The translations under genes were made by a program, and so were the position numbers. Below are positions 52,363-60,657 of a DNA stretch of 64,000 nucleotides, in pieces; the first letter of the stretch is position 1; each line of letters begins with the position of its first letter. The notes under the pieces are model-generated. The model worked only from the letters and a program-made list of their open reading frames with translations. It was not told where the DNA came from and made no database searches. This DNA is from a virus: the IMG/VR virus record IMGVR_UViG_3300032242_001694; one strand, given 5' to 3'.

Positions 52363-52760
52363 TTCAATCGTCCTCTCAGTTCACTCGAGCTATAACTATG
52401 CGCGCGATGGTTGAATACTATATTTATGCCGCGGATGTCGCAGATGGATTGTCCGGTAATCTTATCATTAAAGTGATCGGCACCAACAAACCGTGTATTG
52501 ATCTCAAGAGTTCCCATCATATTTACGAGATCTTTCTCGGTATCGTATGGGATGATCTCATCTACAAACTTGCAGGCGTTGAGCTGCATCCATCTTTCAT
52601 AGATCGTTTGAATAGGCTTATTCTTCTCTGGCCTGTCGATAGTTGGGTCGCTGTGTAGTCCAACTATTAGATAATCACATTCTTTCTTACACTCAGCAAG
52701 CATTGCAAGATGACCTGGATGTAGTAGGTCAAAAGCCCCGCATGTAAATCCCACGTTCAT
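52359..52760 (-). CDS. HIGH-motif nucleotidyltransferase (TagD / RfaE domain II-like)
   Basis: GAFDLLHPGH, LIVGLHSD, KPIQ..ER, VGADH, YSSSELR. Confidence 0.85.
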   Translation of the reverse strand: MNVGFTCGAFDLLHPGHLAMLAECKKECDYLIVGLHSDPTIDRPEKNKPIQTIYERWMQLNACKFVDEIIPYDTEKDLVNMMGTLEINTRFVGADHFNDKITGQSICDIRGINIVFNHRAHSYSSSELRGRLK

Positions 52761-53317
52761 TACTTAATCCTAAATGTTCTAGCCTCACCGTGTCGACGTC
52801 CTAAAAGCTCTACCTCAAAGCCGGTATCATTGAGGAACTCGAGAAAAGCCTTGAACTCATGATTCTCATAACCAGGATAGTCCATGAACTCGTCGAATGC
52901 AATTACAGTTCCAGAGCGAATACGCTTCTTAAGCTTCTGCAAGATACAAGCAGCTGCTGAGTAGATATCTACATCGATATGGATGAAAGACACTGGGCCT
53001 TTATTAGCTTTTAGAAAGCCATCAATTGTATCTTCGATGAGACCGACTACCAAGACTACATTGTCTTTTACAGTTGGCACCTCACACTTGAAAGATCCTT
53101 TGCCGATGCTAGGTCGCCAATCTTCAGGTAATCCTTCAAACGAGTCAAAACCATAGACCTTGTCTGTTGTATGCTCAGCAATTTCATTGATAGTTCTACC
53201 ACTGGCAACTCCAAACTCAATGATCATACCTTTAGCTTTGCAGAACTGAAGCATCTGCTCAAAGCCGTGAGGATCATAGTTGGAGTTGGCTAGAGCGTAG
53301 AGTTCTTCAGACGTCAT
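52760..53317 (-). CDS. SAM-dependent O-methyltransferase (TylF/MycF-like)
   Basis: IEFGVASG, GFDSFEGLPEDW, FIHIDVDIYS, IAFDE. Confidence 0.85.
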   Translation of the reverse strand: MTSEELYALANSNYDPHGFEQMLQFCKAKGMIIEFGVASGRTINEIAEHTTDKVYGFDSFEGLPEDWRPSIGKGSFKCEVPTVKDNVVLVVGLIEDTIDGFLKANKGPVSFIHIDVDIYSAAACILQKLKKRIRSGTVIAFDEFMDYPGYENHEFKAFLEFLNDTGFEVELLGRRHGEARTFRIK

Positions 53318-54132
53318 TTGATCACCATGTAAGTGTTCTTGCCATCGGCAACAGTTTCGTTGTGCAAGAAGAACTCTGGATTGCGATCGGCAAACTTCTC
53401 TTTAAAGTAGTCTTCGTTGTTGATCGTGCCAAAGATCTTAGCCTGATACATAAGCAGCCAGTTAGTAGAGTCGACGATGCGTTCCATGATTGTCTCACGG
53501 AAGTCAATCGGGATCTCACTGAGTGACCAAGTAGCGATTACCAGATCTGCTTTCTCAAGCTCTGACGGCTCAGTTGCGAAGTTACATGCGATGTCTTGCT
53601 TCTCCAGATAGTAGCGCTGGACGTTCTGTACTTCTGGGAAGTCGTAGATCGTGTACTTGCCGGTGAAGCCCATGTCATGAACTACCGAGCACATGTCACC
53701 GTAGCCTCCACCGATCTCAACGATGCTCTTGTATCCCTGCAGCATCTCAGGAGTAAATCCGCAGATGGCAAGGTGAGCTACGTTTTGAACGCGCTGCATG
53801 CTTGTGTCGAAGTCGTCTGCTACTTTAAGAAATCCATTCTGAGACTCAGGAATACCGATCCAGTTCTCGCGAAGCGCGTAGGCTACCTTCTCATCCTTCA
53901 TCGCTGCGTCGAATGCAGCACCAAGGAAACGAGCTACTCGGCCAGTAGTTACAAGCGGTACGTTGTGAACTGATGCCCAGAGGCGGAAGCGAGAGAGTGG
54001 CAAGGTGGCTGTGTCGTGCTCGAACACCTTGCGCATGGTTGGCCAGTACTCTGGTCCATTTACCTGTTTAGCCTTGATCTGCGTCTGAGACATCTCTGAC
54101 TCATGATTAAAGTCGGACCAAATATAATTCAT
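53314..54132 (-). CDS. Putative sugar O-methyltransferase
   Basis: IVEIGGGYG, YTIYDFPEV..QRYYL, DLVIATWSLSE; start reset to ATG 54132 (GGAG SD). Confidence 0.78.
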   Translation of the reverse strand: MNYIWSDFNHESEMSQTQIKAKQVNGPEYWPTMRKVFEHDTATLPLSRFRLWASVHNVPLVTTGRVARFLGAAFDAAMKDEKVAYALRENWIGIPESQNGFLKVADDFDTSMQRVQNVAHLAICGFTPEMLQGYKSIVEIGGGYGDMCSVVHDMGFTGKYTIYDFPEVQNVQRYYLEKQDIACNFATEPSELEKADLVIATWSLSEIPIDFRETIMERIVDSTNWLLMYQAKIFGTINNEDYFKEKFADRNPEFFLHNETVADGKNTYMVIK

Positions 54133-54147
54133 AACAAAAGTCTCCAA

Positions 54148-54516
54148 TTATTGCGGGCTAGGAGCTTGGCGCTCTAGGAATGCAGTGTTGTAAGTCGTTG
54201 CCTTGAAGTGCTTCTGAACAAGACTGATAACAGTCTCAGGATCAAAAGTCTTACAGGAAAACACGTCGAGATAGACATGGTCATGCTCGTTAACGAAGTG
54301 AGCGCAGATGTTACTGGTCTCGATAAGCTGTACTAGGGTGTACCCAGCCTTATTACCACTACCAAAATTTACAATTTGTGGTTCGCCATAAGCAACCATG
54401 TCGATCTCAACGACAAGTTCTTTGACAAACGCATAGATGGTGTCATAGCTGGTGATCGCTTCGTGATCACAGCCGCCGGAATCGAGAATTAAGTGATAGC
54501 CCCAGTAGTCGCTCAT
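54148..54516 (-). CDS. speD: S-adenosylmethionine decarboxylase proenzyme
   Basis: WGYHLILD, GYTLVQLIETSNICAHF, YLDVFSCK. Confidence 0.85.
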   Translation of the reverse strand: MSDYWGYHLILDSGGCDHEAITSYDTIYAFVKELVVEIDMVAYGEPQIVNFGSGNKAGYTLVQLIETSNICAHFVNEHDHVYLDVFSCKTFDPETVISLVQKHFKATTYNTAFLERQAPSPQ

Positions 54517-54556
54517 TTCATGTATGCTCCTTTAGCGTTGAACGGTGTGTTATTTA

Positions 54557-54832
54557 TTAGAATCCATCAACGATTTCTGCGTACTCAACTGAGTCAACGC
54601 GGAACGACCGCCAAGCATTCTTTTGGAGATCCCACACTGCGATAGTCTCTTGGTTCTCAGGACGCTTGTGTGCTTCCTCAAGAGCTACTTTGTTTGTCTG
54701 TGGTGGGAGGTTCTCAGGAAGGAGCGTGCAGATCATCTCACGCTTTTCTCCATTGACTTTTGTAAAGTGGATCTTACAAGTGTGGAGCTTTAGATCTTGC
54801 AGAAGGGTATCTCGGTTCACATAAGTTTGCAT
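54557..54832 (-). CDS. WYL_2/DUF2693-like SH3 barrel protein
   Basis: IHFTKVNGEKREMICTL, VWDLQKNAWRSFRVDSV. Confidence 0.8.
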   Translation of the reverse strand: MQTYVNRDTLLQDLKLHTCKIHFTKVNGEKREMICTLLPENLPPQTNKVALEEAHKRPENQETIAVWDLQKNAWRSFRVDSVEYAEIVDGF

Positions 54833-54845
54833 AATATAGTTCCTA

Positions 54846-55124
54846 TTAGATGATGATGGATGACTCGTTAAGTAGTACAGCAGAAGACTGTGTCTGTGAG
54901 TTAACTCGCTCAGCTAGCTGAGTATAGCCTCCGATATGGAAGCCATCAACGACTACGACTGGATAAGACTTGGCATTAGGATACTTGGAGAGTAAGATCT
55001 CGCGAGTGAAGTCGCGATCTAGTTTTTGCTCGTTGAACGCGATGTTCATAGTATTTAGCAACTGCTTTGCGCGGCTGCAGTACGGACAATTGTCCTTGGT
55101 GTATATTTCCACATGTCCAATCAT
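54846..55124 (-). CDS. nrdC: Glutaredoxin
   Basis: IYTKDNCPYC, SYPVVV, IGGYTQL; start reset to ATG 55124. Confidence 0.9.
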   Translation of the reverse strand: MIGHVEIYTKDNCPYCSRAKQLLNTMNIAFNEQKLDRDFTREILLSKYPNAKSYPVVVVDGFHIGGYTQLAERVNSQTQSSAVLLNESSIII

Positions 55125-55131
55125 AGTCCTA

Positions 55132-55230
55132 TTATAACCTCTCTTGCCAATATTTGTCAACATCTATTTTAGATTCCGGATCATATCCGTGCATTACCAT
55201 ATCAATGCTTATCAAATGTTCTAGTAACAT
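55132..55230 (-). CDS. Micro-protein (32 aa) overlapping the nrdC promoter
   Basis: Not in track; GAGGTG SD; MLLEHLISIDMVMHGYDPESKIDVDKYWQERL; contains TTGACA-18-TATAAT (55131-55160). Confidence 0.55.
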   Translation of the reverse strand: MLLEHLISIDMVMHGYDPESKIDVDKYWQERL

Positions 55231-55232
55231 AT

Positions 55233-56432
55233 TCACCTCAAGCTAAGTTGCTGGTCCTTCAGACCTTTTTCATATTTATTAAGCTTATCTAAGTAGCCTC
55301 TATTGCGAAGCTCTTTGAATATCAGGTTCTCAAACGAGAACTCGCCGCCGCGAGCAATCGCGCCAGCTCTCATGTCTGACATCTTTCTCTTGAGATCTTT
55401 AACGGTCTTCTCATCCATCTTATTCTTGATGATGTCGTCGATCATCTTCTTATAGAACAATACCTTGCGCTTTAAGTTGATGTCGTTCGTAAAATCGTAA
55501 CCGCCGTGTTCTGGACGCTGGATCCACTCGTCTCTCTTGAGAGAGTACACTCCTTGGCCTTGCTGATAGGGTTGATCTGTTCCCTGAGCGTATGGTTCGA
55601 GTGAGTAACCGTAGATGGATACCTTGTGTGTGAGGGTCCATAAGGTCTTCTTAGACTGGAGATATTCATCTACTAAAGCTCTGTCTGGATTGATCTTGTT
55701 TCTGTCGAGTACCAAGTGTACGTCGATGTCTGAGTTGGGAGTGTAGTTAAAGTTGCAGTTACCACCAATCATGATAATGTCTTGCACGATGTCCATTGGC
55801 AGTCTAGCAAAGTCTCCCCAGCTCTTGGCGAACTCGATCAGCTTGTCTCTAACTTCAGGCTTAAGCTGCCAGTTGTTCCACAGCTTTGGATTAAGCTCAT
55901 TGTGGTACTCAAGACTGATCTTGGTTTCTTGAAGACTCTCCATCTTCATGGCAAGTCTGTCTGAGCCCTTCTCGTCTTTATACGGAGTTAGATCTAAGTC
56001 GGAAGGTGTCTTTTTTAACTTTTCATGTTCAATATGCTTTATGAACGGCTTCAGATAGTCTTGGTATGAAGCGTAGTCGATGCCGGCTTTGGTAACTGCC
56101 TGATGCTCAAAGTGCATGGCAATCTTATTGGCTATCTGGTAGTGATAGTTGTAGAGGTCAATTAAAGACTTCTCTACGATCTCATGTAGCTTGAGAAAGC
56201 GCGTTAGGTCGATGCCCTTGTACTTGGGATCAAAGTCGCGATCGCAGTAGATCTTTTTAGCATCTTTGCTATAACCACAGAGGAATGGAATGTCGAACCC
56301 GCGATCTACTGGTGTTGAGTGGATCTTAGCAATTCTAGCTTTAAACTTAGGATTAACCTGAAGAGTCTGAGCAATATCAGACTCTCTCTTTGTAAGCTTT
56401 GGAACTGATCTAAGTCTGCCGAACTTTGCCAT
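55233..56432 (-). CDS. Pol-beta-superfamily nucleotidyltransferase with an extra N-terminal domain
   Basis: IIMIGGNCNFNYTPNSDIDVHLV (hG[GS]..DxD), EPYAQ, GEFSFENLIFKELRN; N-terminal HEIVE motif. Confidence 0.72.
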   Translation of the reverse strand: MAKFGRLRSVPKLTKRESDIAQTLQVNPKFKARIAKIHSTPVDRGFDIPFLCGYSKDAKKIYCDRDFDPKYKGIDLTRFLKLHEIVEKSLIDLYNYHYQIANKIAMHFEHQAVTKAGIDYASYQDYLKPFIKHIEHEKLKKTPSDLDLTPYKDEKGSDRLAMKMESLQETKISLEYHNELNPKLWNNWQLKPEVRDKLIEFAKSWGDFARLPMDIVQDIIMIGGNCNFNYTPNSDIDVHLVLDRNKINPDRALVDEYLQSKKTLWTLTHKVSIYGYSLEPYAQGTDQPYQQGQGVYSLKRDEWIQRPEHGGYDFTNDINLKRKVLFYKKMIDDIIKNKMDEKTVKDLKRKMSDMRAGAIARGGEFSFENLIFKELRNRGYLDKLNKYEKGLKDQQLSLR

Positions 56433-56484
56433 TTAACAACCCATCTATTTGATTTTGTATATTTATGGCGTAATCTTGCTTACA

Positions 56485-57153
56485 TTATCGCTTGTATAGA
56501 TCTTCTGTGTGGCTTACCAGCTCAGCGTCTTCTACGCTCTGGAAGTTATAGCGATCGTATGGATCTACGTTAGTCTTACCGACTGGCATAACGTTGAAAG
56601 CAATTACAGTTCTTGGATCTTCGTTCCTGTTTCTATCAGTGGTGTGCTCAAGCCAACCAGGAAACATCAGCAGCGATCCTTCTTCAAACGGAATCATGAA
56701 GTCGTTGTAGAATTTAGTAGCGCTGTTGTCGATTCTAGCTGGACTAATAACCCTGTGATAGTTATGAGGTGAGTAAAACCTAGTACCTGACGAGTTATCG
56801 TTGCCGTCTAGGTAGTACACCCCAGCCAAGAACGTATTGAAGTGCATGTGGCGGTGATGGTTGCCGCCTTTAGGCTGTCTGGTCGACCACATAGAAGTGA
56901 TCTCAAAGCTAGGAACAAATCCCATATCCACAAAAGCCTCGGATATCTTCAAGTTAAAGAAGCTAACAAGTGGGTTGAACAGATCTTCTTTATGGAGATT
57001 AGGATGGCTGAGCTGGAGTACCTGCGGGTTTCTACTATTCTTAGAATAGATCTCTTCCCTCTTACAGAACTCCAGCAAAGCTTCTTTATACTCGGCGTGC
57101 TCTTCAAAGTTATCTCTGTAGACCGGAACGCCAAATAGTTCTCTGTTCATCAT
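56485..57153 (-). CDS. 2OG-Fe(II) oxygenase (TIGR02466-like)
   Basis: LFGVPV, SMW..HHRHMH..LAGVYY, EGSLLMFPGWLEH, RTVIAFN. Confidence 0.85.
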   Translation of the reverse strand: MMNRELFGVPVYRDNFEEHAEYKEALLEFCKREEIYSKNSRNPQVLQLSHPNLHKEDLFNPLVSFFNLKISEAFVDMGFVPSFEITSMWSTRQPKGGNHHRHMHFNTFLAGVYYLDGNDNSSGTRFYSPHNYHRVISPARIDNSATKFYNDFMIPFEEGSLLMFPGWLEHTTDRNRNEDPRTVIAFNVMPVGKTNVDPYDRYNFQSVEDAELVSHTEDLYKR

Positions 57154-57163
57154 GGTGTATACC

Positions 57164-57637
57164 TCAAGCTGCTAGGATGTCTTTTAATCTGTCTGCTGCG
57201 TATGAAGCAGCGAATGCGTTAGGCTTAATAAGTGGAATGACGTTACACATGCCGCGTACGTAGCCAACTGCCTGAGTAGCCACGCAAGAAGAGCCGTGCA
57301 TAACGTCTGGATTGATGTCGAGATGAACTTCAAAGTGGCGATCACCAACGCAGTCAGCCAAGTCGAGATACAGCTGAGCAGCCTTCATCACTTCGTTCAT
57401 GAGACGCATGGATGGCCTGTCTTTTTTCTGGTCATAGTCGCGCTCTGTGACTACCTCGCCAAAGACCTTGCAACCACGGCACCCGTCGTGATGAATCACC
57501 ACCGCGACTGTGTAGTCGGCGTACCACAGGCCTTTGCGGTTGTGGCGCTCGGAGTCTGCTCCGATGTAGATTCTAGTAGTTTCGCTGGTATTTCTAATGA
57601 AGTTCTTAACTTCTTCTAAGTCCATCTGCTTATGCAT
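57164..57637 (-). CDS. RNase H-like YkuK/DUF458 family protein
   Basis: IYIGADS, RLMNEV, EVHLDIN, KPNAFAASYAAD. Confidence 0.82.
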   Translation of the reverse strand: MHKQMDLEEVKNFIRNTSETTRIYIGADSERHNRKGLWYADYTVAVVIHHDGCRGCKVFGEVVTERDYDQKKDRPSMRLMNEVMKAAQLYLDLADCVGDRHFEVHLDINPDVMHGSSCVATQAVGYVRGMCNVIPLIKPNAFAASYAADRLKDILAA

Positions 57638-57644
57638 AGTATTC

Positions 57645-58055
57645 TCACTTAGGTAGGTGTGATCGCTGTACCTTTACGCTGATCCATTGGTTATAATAAT
57701 CATCTCGGTGCAAAATGTCAACCGCAAACTGGGCGTGTGCTTCATAGTAACTACACTCACCCTTCTTGGTACAGAATCGCGTAATCTCTCTCTTAAAGTT
57801 GTATACCCCTTGAGAGGCAACGTCTTCAGCCAGTTCTCTATTGGAACCGTAATAATCTTTCCAGTCTGATTCAACGAGTGATCTCTTCTTTTTGCCCTTG
57901 ACCACTTTGGTCTTGGTTCTCTTGAGAAGTTTCTTGCCAATATATTTCTTATTATTAGTGAGGTTCGTGATTAGATACACGAACCCCAAGTAGTTCTCTA
58001 ATACTTCAGAATCGACAACCTGCCCGTTATAGAGCCAGGGATTGTCGTATGACAT
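57645..58055 (-). CDS. GIY-YIG endonuclease (endonuclease II-like)
   Basis: GFVYLITN..KKYIGKK, ESDWKDYYGS, YYNQWI. Confidence 0.85.
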   Translation of the reverse strand: MSYDNPWLYNGQVVDSEVLENYLGFVYLITNLTNNKKYIGKKLLKRTKTKVVKGKKKRSLVESDWKDYYGSNRELAEDVASQGVYNFKREITRFCTKKGECSYYEAHAQFAVDILHRDDYYNQWISVKVQRSHLPK

Positions 58056-58321
58056 TACTCGTCCTCTTCTTCAATATCTTCTTCGTCTTCGTCGATCCAC
58101 TCATCTTCTTCCTCTTCTTCAACCTCAAAGTTGATGTCATCGAGGGCAGCGTCAAATGCTGAGTCTTCTCCGTAGCACTCATCAAGCGAGTCACAGTCTC
58201 TATCTTGAAAAGCTTCGATGAGAACTGAGTATACTTCTTCTCTGATAAGATCATCGTGAATTCTGTCTTTGAGCTCATCGATGATGTCGCTCATTAAACT
58301 GGATCCTATTTTCCAACTCAT
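58055..58321 (-). CDS. Highly acidic small protein
   Basis: Asp/Glu-dominated; tail EEEEEDEWIDEDEEDIEEEDE. Confidence 0.65.
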   Translation of the reverse strand: MSWKIGSSLMSDIIDELKDRIHDDLIREEVYSVLIEAFQDRDCDSLDECYGEDSAFDAALDDINFEVEEEEEDEWIDEDEEDIEEEDE

Positions 58322-58324
58322 GTC

Positions 58325-59137
58325 TTACTCCTTACATTGCTTCTTTTTATCGGCCGCGATTGTTTTAAGATCAGCCGCTGGTACTGGATTCTTAGCTGTC
58401 TTTGAATCCGGTACAGGGAATGTAATACCACTTGCTTTTTCAACATCTGCGACAGTTACTTGATATTTAGTAAAGTCTGAGTCAAGACCATCCCTGTGTG
58501 GGAATAAAAATGCATAAGTCTTCTTGGTGGTGTTATCAGTCACGATCTTGAATAGGGCATCAGGCACCACTACTTTGTCTTCTCCAATGGTTTTAGAACT
58601 AGACGAGTAGACGTTGCCGGCATAGATCGTATGAGCATGCTTAGTCTGGTAGACCCAAGCTCTTGCAGCTGACTCAAGATTCTTCCAAGTACCGCGATTG
58701 ACTGATGGGAGCTGTGGACTCATGTTTGACATGTAGAACGACTCGTGTTCTACCTGATCATCCCACGACATATCAGCGTCGTTTGCTAGATGGCCTTGAT
58801 CGTATCCAGAATGGGCGTAATCATTGGGTGTTGACCTAGCGGCTGCAGGAAGTGATTGATCAGTAGCAAAAGCATTAGTACGAGCGACACAACCAATAGC
58901 GTGATCGGGAGTAAGAGTCCAAGCCACCCAGTTAGGAATCTTGGCCACAGGATCGTGCTCAAGTATGTAAGCACTGCGACAGATAACAGGATGGTTAGCA
59001 ATGGTTGTTGGAGTTCCATATGGCACCTGAATTAAGCACGAAGCTACTGGCTTTGGTGGTTGCTGTTCTGCAGCAAATACTGTAGTTGTTAGTAATAGAC
59101 TATAGAGTAAAACCCTTAAACGACTCATCGGATACAT
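58325..59137 (-). CDS. DNA/RNA non-specific endonuclease (NucA/EndoG family) with signal peptide
   Basis: GYDQGHL, FYMSNMSPQ..VNRGTWKNLE, VVVP..LFKI; N-terminal RLRVLLYSLLLTTTVFA. Confidence 0.88.
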   Translation of the reverse strand: MYPMSRLRVLLYSLLLTTTVFAAEQQPPKPVASCLIQVPYGTPTTIANHPVICRSAYILEHDPVAKIPNWVAWTLTPDHAIGCVARTNAFATDQSLPAAARSTPNDYAHSGYDQGHLANDADMSWDDQVEHESFYMSNMSPQLPSVNRGTWKNLESAARAWVYQTKHAHTIYAGNVYSSSSKTIGEDKVVVPDALFKIVTDNTTKKTYAFLFPHRDGLDSDFTKYQVTVADVEKASGITFPVPDSKTAKNPVPAADLKTIAADKKKQCKE

Positions 59138-60194
59138 CCTTCTTTACACCACCAATAATGTAGCTGGTGATCTCGGTTTCTTGTGGAGCAACCTGAACCT
59201 CCGCGCCGCTGATCCATTTCTGAGTCCATGGCAGAGGGTTTGATCCATTCTTATATATAGGAGTCAATCCAACTGCAGTCATACGCTTGTTGCAGATCCA
59301 CTCTACGTACTCGTTGAGAAGTGTCTCGTTGAGACCAATCATCGATCCATCTTTAAACAAGTAGTGAGCCCAAGCCTTTTCCTGCTCAGCTGCATCCTTA
59401 AACATCTTGATGCACTCGTCTTTGGTCTCTTCGCGAATCTTAGCGAAGTCAGGATCGTCAGTTACGAGTACTTTAAGCAGCTGCTGAGTACCAGCGAGAT
59501 GCAGGTTCTCATCACGTGCGATCAACTTAATGATTTTAGCGTTGCCTTCCATCTTCTTCAACTCAGCGAATGCCCAAGAGCAAGCAAAGCTGACGTAGAA
59601 GCGAACGCCTTCAAGAATGTTGACCGACATGAGCGTAAGCCACAATAGCTTCTTATGTTCGTATTCATCATAGAGAATACGAACGTTTTGTTCTCTCTTG
59701 TTGTTAAGAGAAATCAACTCATCGTAGTATTTGCTAATATCACCAGCACAGTCTACGATTTCTTGCATATCCAAGATTCCATCAAAGACTTCCGATGGAT
59801 TTGCATATATGTTTCGTATGATATGCGTGTACGATCTACTATGAATGCTTTCTGAGAATGCCCAAGTGAGGATCCAGTTCTCGAGTTCAGGAAGCGAACA
59901 AATAGGTCCAAATGCCACGGTTGGGGCTCGACCTTGCACAGAGTCAAGAAGGATTTGACGCTTAAGGTTTGATGTGAAGATGTGCTGCTCATGCTCCGTC
60001 AATCCCTTGAAGTCTTTAGCGTCGCGATAGATGTCGATCTCTTCTGGACGCCAGAAGAACCCGAGCTGCTGAGTTGTCAGCTTCTCAAGGAACGGGTACT
60101 TCTGCTTGTCGTAGCGAGCAATGGTTGGCGGATCATCAAAGAATGCATGCACCTTCGTTGGATCTTTACGGTTAGTTGAATCAAATACACTCAC
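59100..60194 (-). CDS. nrdB: Ribonucleotide reductase class Ia beta subunit
   Basis: FFWRPEE, QILLDSVQGR, ESIHSRSY, LEGVRFYVSF, RDENLH, APQETEITSY. Confidence 0.97.
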   Translation of the reverse strand: MSVFDSTNRKDPTKVHAFFDDPPTIARYDKQKYPFLEKLTTQQLGFFWRPEEIDIYRDAKDFKGLTEHEQHIFTSNLKRQILLDSVQGRAPTVAFGPICSLPELENWILTWAFSESIHSRSYTHIIRNIYANPSEVFDGILDMQEIVDCAGDISKYYDELISLNNKREQNVRILYDEYEHKKLLWLTLMSVNILEGVRFYVSFACSWAFAELKKMEGNAKIIKLIARDENLHLAGTQQLLKVLVTDDPDFAKIREETKDECIKMFKDAAEQEKAWAHYLFKDGSMIGLNETLLNEYVEWICNKRMTAVGLTPIYKNGSNPLPWTQKWISGAEVQVAPQETEITSYIIGGVKKDVSDESFKGFTL

Positions 60195-60481
60195 AGCACA
60201 CTTCTTTCTTTTAGTTCATCTACTTCTGTATAGAGTTCCATTGGTACAATCCATTTGTACCAGTCTTTAATCGGCTTATCTTTATCCCTGACCATCACTG
60301 CTAGCAGTGGCTGAAACGTTTCCATGTTTACTGTGCGACCCCAAGTGATAATATCTTCGGGAGCTACACCTCTAAAAGCGTTTTCAGCTTCTTCTTTGTT
60401 TTGACAATAATGAAAGATTGCGTCGTCAACATACGACGTCGACATTGGTCGCTCAATAATTTTCATGCAGCTTTTCTCCAC
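60191..60481 (-). CDS. Hypothetical protein between nrdA and nrdB
   Basis: Coupled ORF. Confidence 0.5.
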   Translation of the reverse strand: MEKSCMKIIERPMSTSYVDDAIFHYCQNKEEAENAFRGVAPEDIITWGRTVNMETFQPLLAVMVRDKDKPIKDWYKWIVPMELYTEVDELKERSVL

Positions 60482-60657
60482 AGGTGTTTCTTTTCATAAT
60501 CAATATAGCCTTCAGGTACGTTATAAAGCTTTTTAGTCTCACACTCATATAGAGCTGGAGTAAGGTCCGGCTTTACGTGTACAATAATGTAGTCATCCAA
60601 ACGGTTAATCCTATCAAACAATTGCTCGTGTGTTAGCATCGGGTTTAGATCTTGCAT
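60463..60657 (-). CDS. Hypothetical protein between nrdA and nrdB
   Basis: Coupled ORF. Confidence 0.5.
   Translation of the reverse strand: MQDLNPMLTHEQLFDRINRLDDYIIVHVKPDLTPALYECETKKLYNVPEGYIDYEKKHLWRKAA

Noticed and set aside
57645-58055. Mobile homing endonuclease
   Set aside because: Only 136 aa, catalytic domain alone, with no DNA-binding repeat tail; fits the conserved endonuclease II-like family better
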